A DNA stretch of 64,000 nucleotides from Marsupella aquatica (taxonomy: Eukaryota > Plantae > Marchantiophyta), in contig OZ316897.1 in NCBI GenBank assembly GCA_973895155.1, forward strand, positions 23,349,455-23,413,454, read 5' to 3'. The position numbers and the translations under genes were made by a program. Shown piece by piece: positions 37,887 through 50,500 of the stretch; the stretch's first letter is position 1; each line of letters begins with the position of its first letter. The notes under the pieces were generated by a model, which was given only the letters and a program-made list of their open reading frames with translations, was not told the origin of the DNA and did no database searches.

Positions 37887-40800
37887 TGTGGTGCGTCCCA
37901 TGGCTCCCTAAACCCAAGAAACCCCCCAGCTCAAGCCGATTCCCGCAGGTTTCGTGCTTGGCGAGGCCATTTCCGCGGCTTAGCGGCATGGGACGCTGCT
38001 AACCTTCTACTACTACTATTAACATTTTACACACATATACTGGACAGATCCTTCATCGGGTCATGAGATACGTAGCCGGCCTAATATAGGCCTTCCCCTG
38101 TCTTCCCCTGTCTTCCCCTCCGTCTTGTTAGGTATGTTTGGATTCCGCCGCCGGAATGATCCCCAATAGGCTTGGTTAAGCCGCTAAGACCTCTCTCAGC
38201 TCGACACATCCAACTCTCACTCCCCTGCTTACTTTCCTTCCTTCTGTTGATGTGGGCACTCTTCACACAAGTTAATGCGACACACAAATAGCAAAATGAC
38301 TCATTCTGACTGAGTCATACCATGCACTTGCCATACAAACAGTACATCTCATACACAAGTTCTGCGAACTAAGCCGTGAGGCCAACTCTATTCAGCTCTT
38401 AGGCATGAGGAAACATGAATATACACAAGGGTCACTGTATGACTAACCGAGAGCTTCTCGTACTACTTGATCCCAGCCCGGCTGGTGCAAACTAAAAACT
38501 TGCTAAAGAAGAGGCCCTGAGCTCCCCGCTGCCCAGGTACTTATCCTGGTAGTGGATCCGCCATTCTTTGCATCGTAAGCCTAATCTACTTAACAGTAAT
38601 CTACTTGCCCGAATCTACCTATGTACAGCAAGGCAGGAGCACAAGTGTTGCTCCTACCAGTGGGACCGCAATCCCACTAAGCTAAGTGTCAGGGCCGCTC
38701 CTGGTTCTGATCCTAATCCTAAACGTGGAGATCCGCGCCCGCCCTGCCCACTCACGCCTCCTCCCTCCACGTCCGCCCTCCCTAAAAGGAACGGCGCCCT
38801 TGCACCGTCACGACACCGGTGGTGGATCCTTAATGGACGCCCCCAATGCTTCCTCCTCAGCCACTGCCGTAGGTTCATTCTCTGACAGATTACCTGCCCT
38901 TGACTGAGTCAACTCTCCATCGGCCTGACTGGGTCCACCTTCGGCTTCAGCCTCGACACCGGCCTCGGCAATACCCACGGCTTCGGCCTCAGCCACTCCC
39001 ACGGCTTCGGCTTCAGCCACTCCCTCGGCTTCGGCCTCCCCTTCCCCTAGGGTAGTTGGATCCTTAGCCGTGACCCTGTCTGGGGTCGGTGCTGGGTCTA
39101 CCTCCTTGATCACCACGGCCTGTGAAGTCGTATTACTCCTTGACCCTAAAGGTTTCCGCTTCTTCTTCGTTGGTGGCTCGGCAGCTGGTCCCTTCCCCTT
39201 CCCACTTACTTCCGGCACTGGTGCAGTTGGCGCGGCTTGTCCTTCGGCAATTACCACCCCTGGTAACTGGTTTGTCCCAACGGGAGATGGACCTGCTGCA
39301 GCTAAGCATTTAAATACTGCGGCTTGTTTCTTCAGCCGCTCTGTTTGGTTGTCGGCCCGCCGCTGTAGGTTCTCCATCTTCCTCGTGATTTCCTCCAACT
39401 CCTCTTGGGTTTCATCTAGGTCCTTACGTGCCCCCTCCAGCTCGTTTTTGGCCTCCTCCTGCTCCCTGTGGGCTTCCTCCAATTCCTTCTTCAAGGTAGC
39501 CCTCTCCTCCTGGGTTGCTCTTAGCTCCTTGTCGAGCTCTGCAATGATGACAGACTCCATCTGGTTCATCTTGGCGTAAGTCTGTTCGAGCATCTCGTCC
39601 TTCTCCCTTAGGTCGGCCTTGAAGCTGGCCGTCAAGGACGCAAGCTCCTGCTGCAGCGCCATAATCCCTTGATAGGATTTCCCTAACTCGACCTCCTTCT
39701 GCTCAAGGGCTCCGCGGATTTTCTCGAGCTCCCCTTTCAACGCCCATTCCTTTCTTTGGGTCTCCGCCATGGCCCGGCTGTTGGCTGTTATGTGGGCCTC
39801 CTCTGTATTCTTCAGCTCTTGCTTCCACTTCTCCCTCTCTTTGATCGTGTCGGCCAACTCTCCCTGCGTCTGAGTTAGTTTATCCTTGATATTCTGATTA
39901 TCAGCCTACGCGGTGTCCAACTGCCCCTGCATGATGTTCAGCTCATGTCGTTTAATCCGCAGTTCATCTTGGGCTTTCTTGGCCGCCCTTAGATCTTCAA
40001 TCTCGGCTTCCATCCTCCTAAGCCGCCGAATGACCTCGTCCTTCTTGCTTCTCTCTAAAGCCACCGCTTCTTCTAATTGGTGCTTCTCCAACTGCTCCCT
40101 ATGGAAAAAGGGTCCTACCTCCAACTCCTCTCCAAAGATGCCGAGCGCAAGTTCCCCACACATCTCACCATACTCCATGGCTCTATTCTTAGCGTAGGTG
40201 GAGTAAGTAGAAGTGATCGGCATCGCCCATCGTGGCCTCTGCTCCCAAGCCGTCCTGCGGATCTCTTCAATCGTGGCTAGAGGTTTGCTTCCTTTTTCGG
40301 CTAGCCGCCTGATGTCCTCCGGCCAATCTCCTCCTGGTAAATCCTTTTCCTTAGCCAGGGCGGCCTCTTCCTCCTGCTTGATTCGCTCCTGAAATTCCTG
40401 CACCGTCTGTTTTATGCCGTCGAAGCTCGGGGGAGCAACATCTGGTGGGGGAGACTCAGGGCTACTCTGCTGGTTGGGGTCCCCTCGCACTACCCTTGGA
40501 AGTGTGGGGACAAACCCGCCACAGGTCCTTACTCCTGGAACGTGATGGTCCGACCCATAGCCGGAATTATCATGGCTGCAGTCCTCCACTGCCTCCTCTA
40601 CCTCTTGGACGTCCGGCTTCTCCCTCTCCTCTTCGTCGGTAGGAGCTTCAGGCAATTCTGCCTCAGATTCGGAGCTTGAGGTTCCCACGTACATTCGAAC
40701 ACCTGGCTTGGATTCCGGCCTGATTCTCTCCTTGTCTCTAGCAAAGGGGTTTTCTCTTGTGAGCCGGTGTAGGCCTACCTCTGTAGTAGTGTCCTGCATT

Positions 40801-42550
40801 GTTGCCATTGCCGTTGTTGTTGCCGATGCCGATTTCTTTTCTTTCTCCAGTAGTTTCAGCAGACTCTGCATGCCTGGTTGCTGCATCGGCAAGTCTTCCT
40901 TCCTGGGCCTAAACACCTGCTCGATCGTAGGACTAACAGGTGGTTGAGGCTTCTCAGCCAACGGCCTCGGCGTTGGAGCTTCCTCGGGTGCCCTTACCTG
41001 CAGGGGAAGTACCGGGGCAAAAGTCTGACCTCTGGCATACCGGCACAACAGCGGCATGTGATAGCCAAGCCGCGACACGCTCCCCATGCCGATTACCTGC
41101 TGCTCCTCCTTTAAGATCTTCTTCAATTGGTTGAGGAGGTACCCGTTGTAGTCCCGGCTTGGGTCTGGCCTTTCTGCCAGATAGACCTGTGCCTTGCCGA
41201 TCTCTGCCCTCGGCAAGTTACAATGCATGGTCACCCGCAAGAAGTCGATCATCTCTCCTATGTGCGGGTTGGTGCAGGTGTTCCGGAAGAAGCCATTCTT
41301 CGTTGATGGTCCGGGGAACGACCGGAACTCCTTGTTAGCTAGGCAGGGTCTTCCTAGTATCAACTTTGGTCTTATTGCCTATCGGCAAGCCAAACACTTC
41401 GGCAATTACCTTGGGAGTAAGATAGAAATCCTTCCCATATATCCTCGTGCAATTGGTCTCGGGTTCCCATGACCCCACGAATTCTAATAGGTCTGACTCC
41501 GGTACCTCCGGCTTCAGCCATGGTAATCTTACAAAGGCCTCCAAGCCGGATCCGACCATGAAGCCTTGGTACTTCTTGGTCTGCATGGCCGTAAAGCATG
41601 CATCCTCCTCCCGTGCAAAATGTAGTTGCACCTCCACCGGTAGGGTTGCCGCCCAGCCCTTCCAGGTGTCATCCCTGGTTGGAATGGCCTTGATGGGATC
41701 GACCTCCTCCTCTTCGGCTTCTCCCTGCCTCCTGCTCTGCTGCTCGGCTGGCCTCTTTGGTGCCGCCGACCTCGTTCTTTTTGTCGGGGTGGCTTCATCG
41801 TTGACGGCCCCCTTCCTCTTCATCTCTGCTGCCATGGAGGTTTCTCCTAGCACCGTTGCCTGGGTCCACCTTTCCGTGCTACCCTTTAATTCCCAGTGTA
41901 TGTCGTTGCAGTTCTTGATGGCCTCTCGGATGCCGACGACGCTGTCTTTGCAAAACAGAAGATCATCGAGTTGATTGGAAGTAGGCGTCCACAGGAACTC
42001 GTCCTTGATGAGTTCGCCTCCTAAGAAAGCCGTCTTCTGCAGCTCCCACAATCGAGCGAGCTCCTGCCGTTCTCGAGCTGCCCTTTCTGACTCCTCGTCC
42101 TCGTAAGTCTTGATGTACTCAGTTGCCCGTTCGAACAGGCATCCCCAGAAATGTGCCGCTTGATTGACGTTGCTCATACCCTCCTTAGGTCGATCGTCGG
42201 TATCTACTCTCTCCCCGAGTGCTTGCCTAAGCAGCTGACAGTAGTTGGCCTCCCGTAGTCGTCTGCCTAGTTCGTGCTCGCAAATGAGCCACCATCTCCT
42301 GCAAGCGCTCCTTACCCCTCTCCTCTGCCGGTCCTTCTTCCCGTTGATCCTTCCTAGCCGCCGACGCTTAACGCGCCCTAACCCTAATCAGGTTTTCACC
42401 CTCAGCCTTACCTCCGGCCTCTGCCCGGGTTCCATGGTTGCCCCTAATTGTTTATATTTTCCTTGTTTTGTCCCTATACTAAGGTGTTCCTAGGGTGCCT
42501 TCCTGCTTTACCCACTTAACCGGCCGAGTGATTCCTGTCTAGGCATCACA
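37887..42550 (-). repeat. A2 5' LTR (4664 bp)
   Basis: Adjacent to the PBS and TSD; TG...CA termini. Confidence 0.95.
38808..42435 (-). pseudogene. LTR-encoded ORF (A2 5' LTR), two stops and a 4-bp insertion
   Basis: Stops at 42388-42390 and 39906-39908, insertion near 41336-41340; otherwise matches the consensus. Confidence 0.85.
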
Positions 42551-42555
42551 CCTGT

Positions 42556-43690
42556 TCTCTATCTTCAACTTGATAATACCAGTAGAGAAAATAAAAATAA
42601 TTTACTCTTTGCCTATCTTCATATGTTAATTCAAAGAAAGGTTTTTCGGAAAATCAAACTAGGATTCTTGTTGGTTGGACACACACACGACCAAATAGAT
42701 CAAATGTTCAGTAGATTTTCTAAACGACTAGCAAGGTTTAAGGCATTCACATACAAAAGCCTATGTGATATTATTTGCGAATCATATCAACCCCAACCAA
42801 ATAGCACTCTTTTAAAGGAAACATATGATTTCCGTCAATATGCCTTCTCAGATCCACCTTTAGTCATTGAAAGGATTCAAAATGTTACCTTCCACCACCA
42901 GTACAAATTTGCACTTGACAAGTTGGAAGATCAAGTTCCAACCCAATGGGGGAAGAAGTTTTCCACGGACTCAACTTGGAAACTTGACGGAGGTGTGAAA
43001 TTTTCAAGGGAAGAGGAGCCAGAAAAGGTGATGGGTTGTGCTCCCGGATTACCCCTTTTCAAAAAGGGGGATAAGAACGTTACAAGGACTCAACCAAATA
43101 TGTCTAGTTTTTCAAGAATGACTTTGAAGGAGATGGATGATTCGTTAAATGAGATTCAAAAGGGAATACTTGCAGTTGAAACTTTATTCTCAGAAGAGGA
43201 AGTGAACTGGTGGAGAATGTTTTTTGAAGAACAGCGGGAATTGAATAAATCCTTGCTCCTTGATCAAAGACCATTGATTTTCCCTTTTCAATGGCCACGT
43301 TCCCAAGGGGAGATTGTTGTTGTTGCTGAAGTTCCCAGAGTCCTTGTCAATGAAGAGGAAATTGAAGAGAGAGTATACGGACCTACTAGAGATATATACG
43401 TGGGTCCTTATCGGAATCAAGGAAAGATAGATGCAAAGAAGGAGAATATGGAAGGAGACTTTTTGGATCTTGAAGTCAACACTTATATTTCTGTTGTTGG
43501 AGAAGAATCAGAAACATTTTGGGTGGCCAAGGTGGAAAGAATTGACCAGCGCGACGAGTTCAACATTCCAAAAATGATTTATGTTTTATGGCATGCTGCA
43601 AAAACCGGGTCAGGTCCTTGGAAAGCCAAGTACTTACCAGAAGTCTTAAACTACGAAAAGAAGAAAAGTGGTCGTGGGTTTAGGGTTTAG
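42556..43690 (+). pseudogene. Sola-like transposase 2, 3' part
   Basis: Continues GGLPP|VLYLQLDNTSRENKN and FLLVGHTHDQIDQMFSRFS. The ORF terminates in a telomeric repeat tract. Confidence 0.8.
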
Positions 43691-43703
43691 GGTTTAGGGT
43701 TTA
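43676..43703 (+). repeat. Interstitial telomeric repeat (GGGTTTA)4
   Basis: Four perfect plant-type units. Confidence 0.9.
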
Positions 43704-44561
43704 CAACTTCATGTTGACAAAATCTGATACATTGTACAAAAAGACAGTAGATCAAATCAAAATCCGATTGACTGAATTTTTGGCAGAAGAGAAAGAGCAA
43801 GAACAAGAGAATGGATCAGCTAGAACCCCACTAGGAGATAAATCTAGGATATTTCGTTTCAAGAATTGAGGACTTATGGATCTGAGTAATGAAAAGTAGT
43901 TATTGTTTGTGACATTACCATTGAAAAACATGGATAAGTTGAAAATTTTCAATTTTTCAAATTGCCTTTACCACTTATTCATGAATTCATGGTTAAAGTT
44001 TCTTGAGAAATTTTTAGTTTAATATTTTCTTAGTGGGTTGTGTTTCAATTCAATTAGATGGTGTCATTTCTATCCTCCTTGTCTTCTTTTCACAATAATG
44101 TGTATCAGGCTAAGTTGTAGTAGTTTATTTTCTGGTTTTTAAATGACAATGGCTTTTGGAGGTGATTTAGTTATCGGTTCAAGAGACAGCTCGTGTAATT
44201 GTGAGACCATTGTAGATAATAGTGTTGCATTTGAGGTCATTTATTGGTGGAATGTATTTTCAGATGAATTTGGTCATTTTTAGGCTGTCAAAACATAGCT
44301 AGTTTATGTCATATTTTGTTCGCTTCATATTTTTGTTCTAAAATAGGTGCTTTTTCTGACTTTTTCGTTGTTTTTCTGATTTTTTGGCTAGAGTTCCTAA
44401 AGTATGGGCTTGTTACTCATCATTTAAGGCTTCTTGTTTCCTTTGTATTTTCATGGCGGGACGGTCTTTTTCGGGCACTCGTGGCAAAAAGACCACGAAA
44501 AAGACCACAAAGACCGGGCATTGCGATTGCTAGGCTGCATAAAAATGTATATAATCCCTTA

Positions 44562-44592
44562 AAACCCTAACCCTAAACCCTAAACCCTAAAC
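44562..44592 (-). repeat. Interstitial telomeric repeat (CCCTAAA)n with one CCCTAA unit
   Basis: AAACCCTAACCCTAAACCCTAAACCCTAAAC, at the truncation point of the copia fragment. Confidence 0.88.
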
Positions 44593-45910
44593 ATGTAGGG
44601 TGTTGGCTCGGATGTCTATGAAACTGAGGAGGTTCCTCGCTGCTCTTGGTGCGTAGATTGCTGATTTTATTTGGATAACTGTGCCTCGAGGTAAGATGAT
44701 TGTGGCTGGGCCATATCCTTCTTCGATTTGGTGTTGGCCCATTATGGTGGTGACCCTCCGTTGTGAAGGTGTTATTTCTCTAAAGTAATGTCTATTCCTC
44801 AGGATGGAGTGGGAGGTTCCGCTAATGACAATACATGAGTGTGGGTCATCCAACTCTGGTAGTGTGGGATGGTGTGCTATGAGGTGCATTTCTGGTAATG
44901 TTTATGTGGATTCGAGGAAGAAACCGTGGGTTTTGAATTGTGTTGTGTTCTAACTTTGTTTATATAATGGTGCCAGGTGTGCTAGGGCTCTACAATTTTT
45001 CTGTAAGTGCCCTTTCGTTCCACATTGAAAACAAATTGGAGGGTTTTCGAGTTTATCTCTTGTTGTTGTGGGGTTGTGTCTGTCCTGAGTTCTCGTTCGT
45101 TGTGGGTTGCTAAATTATCTCTTCTCTAGGTATTCTGATAATTGTTGCCGCTGAACCTGGGTCTTCCACGACCCTAAACCCTAAATGTATTGCTTCTGCC
45201 ACCGCGTCTGAAGTTGTTTCCTCGGCCCGTTTGGGGCGCTCTCCCTCTACTGCCCCCTCTCCCAACAAATGAGGTCCCGTTTTCCCTCTCTTGTACATTG
45301 TAATGTGTTTATGTATTTGGTTGTGGTGGGAGTGTGCCTGGGGGTCTTGTTTTTGTGTTCTATAGTAGTAATAGTTGATTTTTTTGGCCAACAGCATATG
45401 TGCAATCAACTCAGAATATTTAGTGAAGTTCATGTTCCTGTATTGTGTGGATAGGACTAGGTTGGTGAAGTGGAATGTGGACAATGTTTTCTCAATTTGC
45501 TCTTCATCTCCCACTGGTTGTCCGCAGATGGCCACAACAATTCTAAATAGTTTGCTGTTGTAATTGACAATAGTTTTGGGGTCTTGAACTCTAAGATTAA
45601 CCCAGTCATGCCTTGTTGCAGGTAGAAAAATTGTGCACGTGTGGTTAAATCTTGAGTGTAGGTCATCCCAGAGGATGCGGGGAATATATTCATACATGTA
45701 CTGGCGTTTTAGGGAGTCTACAAGGTGATGTCTAATTAGAATTAAGGCTTTAGCCTTCTGCTGCAAAGTCGGACCGACATCCGTTAGAATGGTGTCTTGC
45801 AGATCTTTACAAGCAAGGTGTTCTTCGATATCTAGAGACCAAGATAGATAGTTGGATCCATCTATATTCAACGCTTGGAAGTAGAGTTTTTTGATAGTAT
45901 TTGTGGTCAT
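44593..45910 (-). mobile_element. Decayed Ty1/copia (Bianca-like) gag-protease fragment
   Basis: ALNIDGSNYLSWSLDIEEHL gag start, knuckle CFQCGTKGHLQKNC (about 44992-45033), degenerate protease ISGTSHSIL and RNLLSFIDIR. Truncated before integrase. Confidence 0.8.
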
Positions 45911-46068
45911 TGTGGGTGTCCAAAGATTAAAGGGAATTTGTGATTCTCAATTGAATGATCACTGTATGAGATACGGTAAAATGGGAAAGTCACTTATCTT
46001 TTGTAATTTGCGCCTGCACCTTTCTTGTTTCCTTGTCCCAGAGTTATTATTGGTGTGACGCCGCCGGT

Positions 46069-46537
46069 CGAGTTTGAAGTACACACTCCATGGGTCAGCA
46101 TTCGGGATCGCTTGCCCGAACCTGAAAGTTTGTCAGACCGAGCTTATCAGATTGAAGCCTTAGAAGAGGCACGGCTACTAGCATCTCGACACGCCGTAAA
46201 CCAGCAAGCAACTTCTAAGAAGCAGCATGACAAAGGACTACAGAAGGTCAATGTCGTGACAGGCGACCTGGTCCTTCTGTATGATAGTAGGTACATGCAG
46301 TTTCCAGGGAAGCTTCATACCCATTGGTTAGGGCCCTTCCTAGTCAATCAGATCTACCCTAACGGATCTTTGGAGCTTGCGACGTACGCCGGTGATTTAC
46401 TCCCCACGCGAGTCAGTTACAAGCGTGTAAAGAAGTACCACCATCAAGACGACGACGCCGAAAGTGATGTTCGCGAGGACGCTTCACAGTTAAGCAGGGA
46501 GCTATGTGATGCCGCCAGTACGGCGAGTAATGAGTAA
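46069..46537 (+). pseudogene. Integrase C-terminal fragment of family B
   Basis: ALEEARL...GDLVLLYDSRY..FPGKLHTHWLGPF...VREDASQLSRELCDA, homologous to the family A pol end. Confidence 0.9.
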
Positions 46538-49500
46538 TTCAGTCTAAACCGTGCTTAGCACGCACGTTAGGGGTATCTTAGGCCGCTATTATTAGCATAA
46601 CGATAGTATTTAGGTAACCATTATGAGTAGGAAATCATTAGTCAATAAGGGGAATTCATGTTCGGACTGGCGGCGTGTCGCCATTCACACGCCCGGGTTG
46701 CGAGCATGGAGGGGCCCCTCCCTCGAGTCCGTATAACAAACTTAGGGAAGCGGCCACTGACACGCGCTGACTTAGACCGGCAGAGTGGCCGGTACACTAC
46801 AAGCGTGAACGGTTCAGCCTATAAGCAACGAGGAGACGTCGGGTGATCGACGAGCCCTCAAGGTATAAAAAGGGGGCTGACCCTTTGTAGTGCACCAGTC
46901 CATCAGTCCACACGCCAGCTTCAACCCCAGCCCTCTCGTTCTCTCGTAGTCGCCACTGCTATCTCCTCTGAATGTCGCACATGATCCTCTCCATTTTGGC
47001 CATTCGATTCTGGACGCAGTTCCTATCTGCCGGAAGACACTTGGCCGACTCATTGAAACACGCCAACCCGCGCCGATACAAAATCAAACGCGAGTATGAG
47101 AGAGCCATCCGCCTAGCAGGACAACACCACTATATCCTTAACTTTGACTACCCGTCTCAGAGCGAGCTTAACCGACCAGCAGAGGTATCTGGGTACTTCT
47201 TCAACGGAGACAAATATATCAGTTTTTGGGAAGCATTGCTTCGGCTTCCGGACGAGGTCTTCAATATCCCGGGTATGATCGACTTGCAACGGCATCACTT
47301 TGACCACATCCCTGCTCAGGTTCGGGCTATCATCAACAGCGAGTCCAACACTACCCGTTCGACAAGGCCGTCTGCACTTGCTTCGGAGAACTTCTACCAG
47401 CACCCGTAGAGCTTCATGGGGACTAGACCCTCAACCGCCGGCGCCGGCCCAGTCGACCCCATACCCGTACCCGCACCAACGCAGACTCAGGCTCAGCTTC
47501 AGTCTCAGCCTCAGCCTAGCCAACCCACACTGCCGATCGCCCCGCTAGTACAAGTACGCTCTGTCATCAACGCTGTGGACCTTAGCGACGACGACGAGGC
47601 TACCCCACCCTTGCTTAGGCGGCCCAGAGGAGCAAACACTCAAGGGGCGAACACTACATTGTCCCCTCCCCATGTCCGGACCCAAGGAGCGGCTCCAGCA
47701 GACAACACGGTGACCGTGGCCACCCCGAGCCCAATACTAATGGCGGTAGCACTACCTATGGCCGATCGAGAGGATGGGGAGGTGTCACCCTCCCCGAGCC
47801 AGTCACGGGGGAAGAAGAGGAAGGAACCCACTGCTGCATCCGGGTTACCAATGGCCACGGTAGCTGCGGCCAAGGTGACAATGCACCGCATGGGGGAAAA
47901 CATGCATAAAAACATCCTCCATCCCAAGCATGCGGTGTACCTAAAAACTCAGGGATTCGAGCACCTTGCCTCTCTCCCCTGGAACACTTGCAGGTACTAC
48001 GGGGAGGACATGAAGGAATTCATCAAGAATTATGATGACGCACATCAACATACTCGGCTGCGGGGAAGGAATATGTCCCTTACAGAAGAACGGCTCAAGA
48101 TGATCTTTGGGTTACCCGAAGGTGACCACCGAGTTGAATCACGGGCTCCCGGGGGCAAGGGAGCCAAGTACCAATCCTCGAGTTTTCCCTCCGAGGGATC
48201 AATGGACAACGGGTTCATGATGAGGACCTGCCTCATCCCCGAGATAGCTAAGCGACTGGAGTTCCAAAGGTACGCCCTCCACATGATGGAACCCCGTGGG
48301 GAGATCTCCGCTGCCCAGATTATCCAGGTCGAGAACTATCAACCTAGGAAGTGGGCGTCGTACTTCGCTAAGAAATTCCATGAAGAGATGGAGCGGCGAA
48401 GAAAGACGCTATACATTGGCGGGAAGGCGTATTTCGTTAGCCACATCGAGATCATTCTTGAGTGGTACGCTCGGTTTGATCGACAAACCCTTCCCCGTGT
48501 CAACGTAACAAAGCTGGTCCCAGCTAGGTGGGTTTTCCCGGCCTTGGAGAGACAGCCCCAACCCGAGGCCCAAAGTCCAGCGGCCACGCAGGCTTCACCC
48601 ACCCCACCTCCACAAGTAGCTGTAGCCGTGGCCACGGAGGTACCGGATGGGTCGGTAATCGCAACTGTAGATGCGATCAACCAGGCCGGGCCAAGTACAG
48701 AAGTCGGGACAGCCGAGGCCTTACTCAAGCCCGGGTCTCCCAAAGACCCACCGGTGGCTATTTCGGAGGACCGGACATTGTTGGAGGAGGACACTCCAAC
48801 CCCTTCCAACACTACGTCCCCAGGGCTGGATGTCACTGCCCTGGCCCCCGCGCGTGTTGACGTCTGCCCGTGCCCAACTCTGGACAGGCACAACCTGGAC
48901 CACCCGGAACTCTTCATACCGGGTACATTTCTGAACGGGCTTCTGGGAGATTTCTCTCATCAAATTGCCCGGGATATCGGGGAGTTCATGGCCCGGAAGG
49001 TAGCCTGTTTCTTCAATCAGGAGTTGGTTGCCGCAGTAAAGGCAGGTCGGGCCCAGTCAGAGGCCCTTCAGAGGATAGAGCGGTACCGGGTGGAGTCCGT
49101 ATACTTAAAGAACAAAGTTGTGGCTCAAGAGGCTGAGCTTCTGCAACTACGACCCAAAGTTGCAGCCACCGATGAGTTGTTAGCAAAGGCGCACACCCAT
49201 ACCGCCCTAGCCGAACAGGCCAAAGCTGGGAACGAGGCCGAGATTGCACGACTCCGGAACCAGATTGACAGTTTGAAGAATCAAACTGTCATCTGGCAGA
49301 AAGACCTGGAGGAGGCCAAAGAACGGGCCCAGCGGGACACTGCGGAGATAGCCACGCTACAGGCCAAAGTAGCGCGGCTCCAAACTGAAGCCGAGAAGCA
49401 AGACCAGTTGGCGGGCAAGCTGACGAGCGACGCCCAATAGCTGGAGGAGGCATGCCAGGAGGCAGCGGAGGAGACGGATGCGCAAAGCGAGAGAACAAAT

Positions 49501-50500
49501 CTCTGCTAGACCAGGTCCAACTCCTCAAGGCGGACAACGACAGACTTTGTAAGCAGCGGGATGGCCGCTCCCACTCGGGCGGCTTTGGCAAGCAAGCCAG
49601 GCATTAGCGGCGGAGTAGGAATAGTATAGGGTTAGGAATAGCTAAATCAGGGTATGGGGACAGGAACCTGCCCTAGTTAGAGCAGCACCGCCATGCTATC
49701 CAGCCTGCGTAGGTTAGGATCTTCTAATAAGACACAACTGTTTTTCGGCCTGACAGTCAGATTAGTTAGGACCTAAGTCAGCGAATCTTCGGGCGGGAGG
49801 ACACTCCGTTCCTCGGCCCTTAGTATTTGGTGCACCCCTCGGTAGAGGCAGGGGGTTTTAGTCTTAGTATTGGACGTCCACGGTATGTGCGAGGAGTCCC
49901 GACCTCTGGGAGTGAAAGAGTACCAAGGGGAGGGTGTAAGACTAAGCTCGTTGGGCGAGTGCGGAGCCGGGCTCCGTTGTAGTGTACACCCTCGGCCTCG
50001 GACCTGTTCACTCCAGAGCATTCGGGTCAACTAAGTGTACTCGTATGTCTCTTATGGAGTAAAATCCCTTCCCGTTATTTCCTTCATGTAAATCAAGATT
50101 TTATGCTTGTGCGTATGTATGTGTGTGAATCTCGTGTATAGGTGCCAACGCTTGGCCGAACGCACTACCCAAGTAGTGCACGGGGTGCATCTTGCGTGTA
50201 CGTGGTTGCGACCCCGGGTTGAGCACCCATATCATCAAAATCTGGATCGAAGGCGGACAATACGAAGGCTTAGAAGCCCTTAAACCGGGGTCGATCCTGC
50301 TATCGATTGAGGTACGTTCCGGCGGTGGAACACAAATCATACCTAGGAGGTGTCCGTATATGACGATAGGCGCACTTAGCGCTATTTTACGTAAGTTGGG
50401 TGCATTCCGTGCCTCCCTCCCTGCCCGAACCCTCATTTTGACAAAGGATGTGCCTGTTTAAGCCGAAGCCCGAAGTAAGGCCAAGGCTGATGACGTGACA
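46505..50500 (+). repeat. Family B LTR (3996 bp)
   Basis: TGTGATGCC directly after PPT AAGCAGGGAGCTA; ends CA at the TSD; homologous to 21985-25827. Confidence 0.9.
46972..49607 (+). pseudogene. LTR-encoded ORF of family B (B2), about 870 codons, two TAG stops and a late frameshift
   Basis: In-frame ORFs 46972..47409 and 47416..49440. TATAAAA at 46864-46870. The central domain aligns with the family A LTR ORF; C-terminal coiled coil. Confidence 0.85.

Larger units (their letters stand above)
27966..42550 (-). mobile_element. Ty3/gypsy family A copy A2 (14,585 bp), RT deleted
   Basis: LTRs 27966-32615 and 37887-42550, TSD CCTGT (27961-27965, 42551-42555), PBS 37864-37882, PPT 32616-32628. 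Confidence 0.97.
46054..50500 (+). mobile_element. Family B gypsy copy B2: 5'-LTR stub + integrase C-terminus + PPT + full 3' LTR
   Basis: TSD ATTGG (46049-46053, 50501-50505). Starts TGTGACGCCGCCGGT, ends GACGTGACA. Confidence 0.9.

Noticed and set aside
4043-42550. Large repeats as segmental duplication or assembly artefact
   Set aside because: Each element has its own TSD, host sequence and private mutations, so they are independent insertions.
50486-50500. CTGATGA at the family B LTR end as a hammerhead ribozyme core
   Set aside because: No stem II or GAAA follows; the LTR ends 7 nt later.
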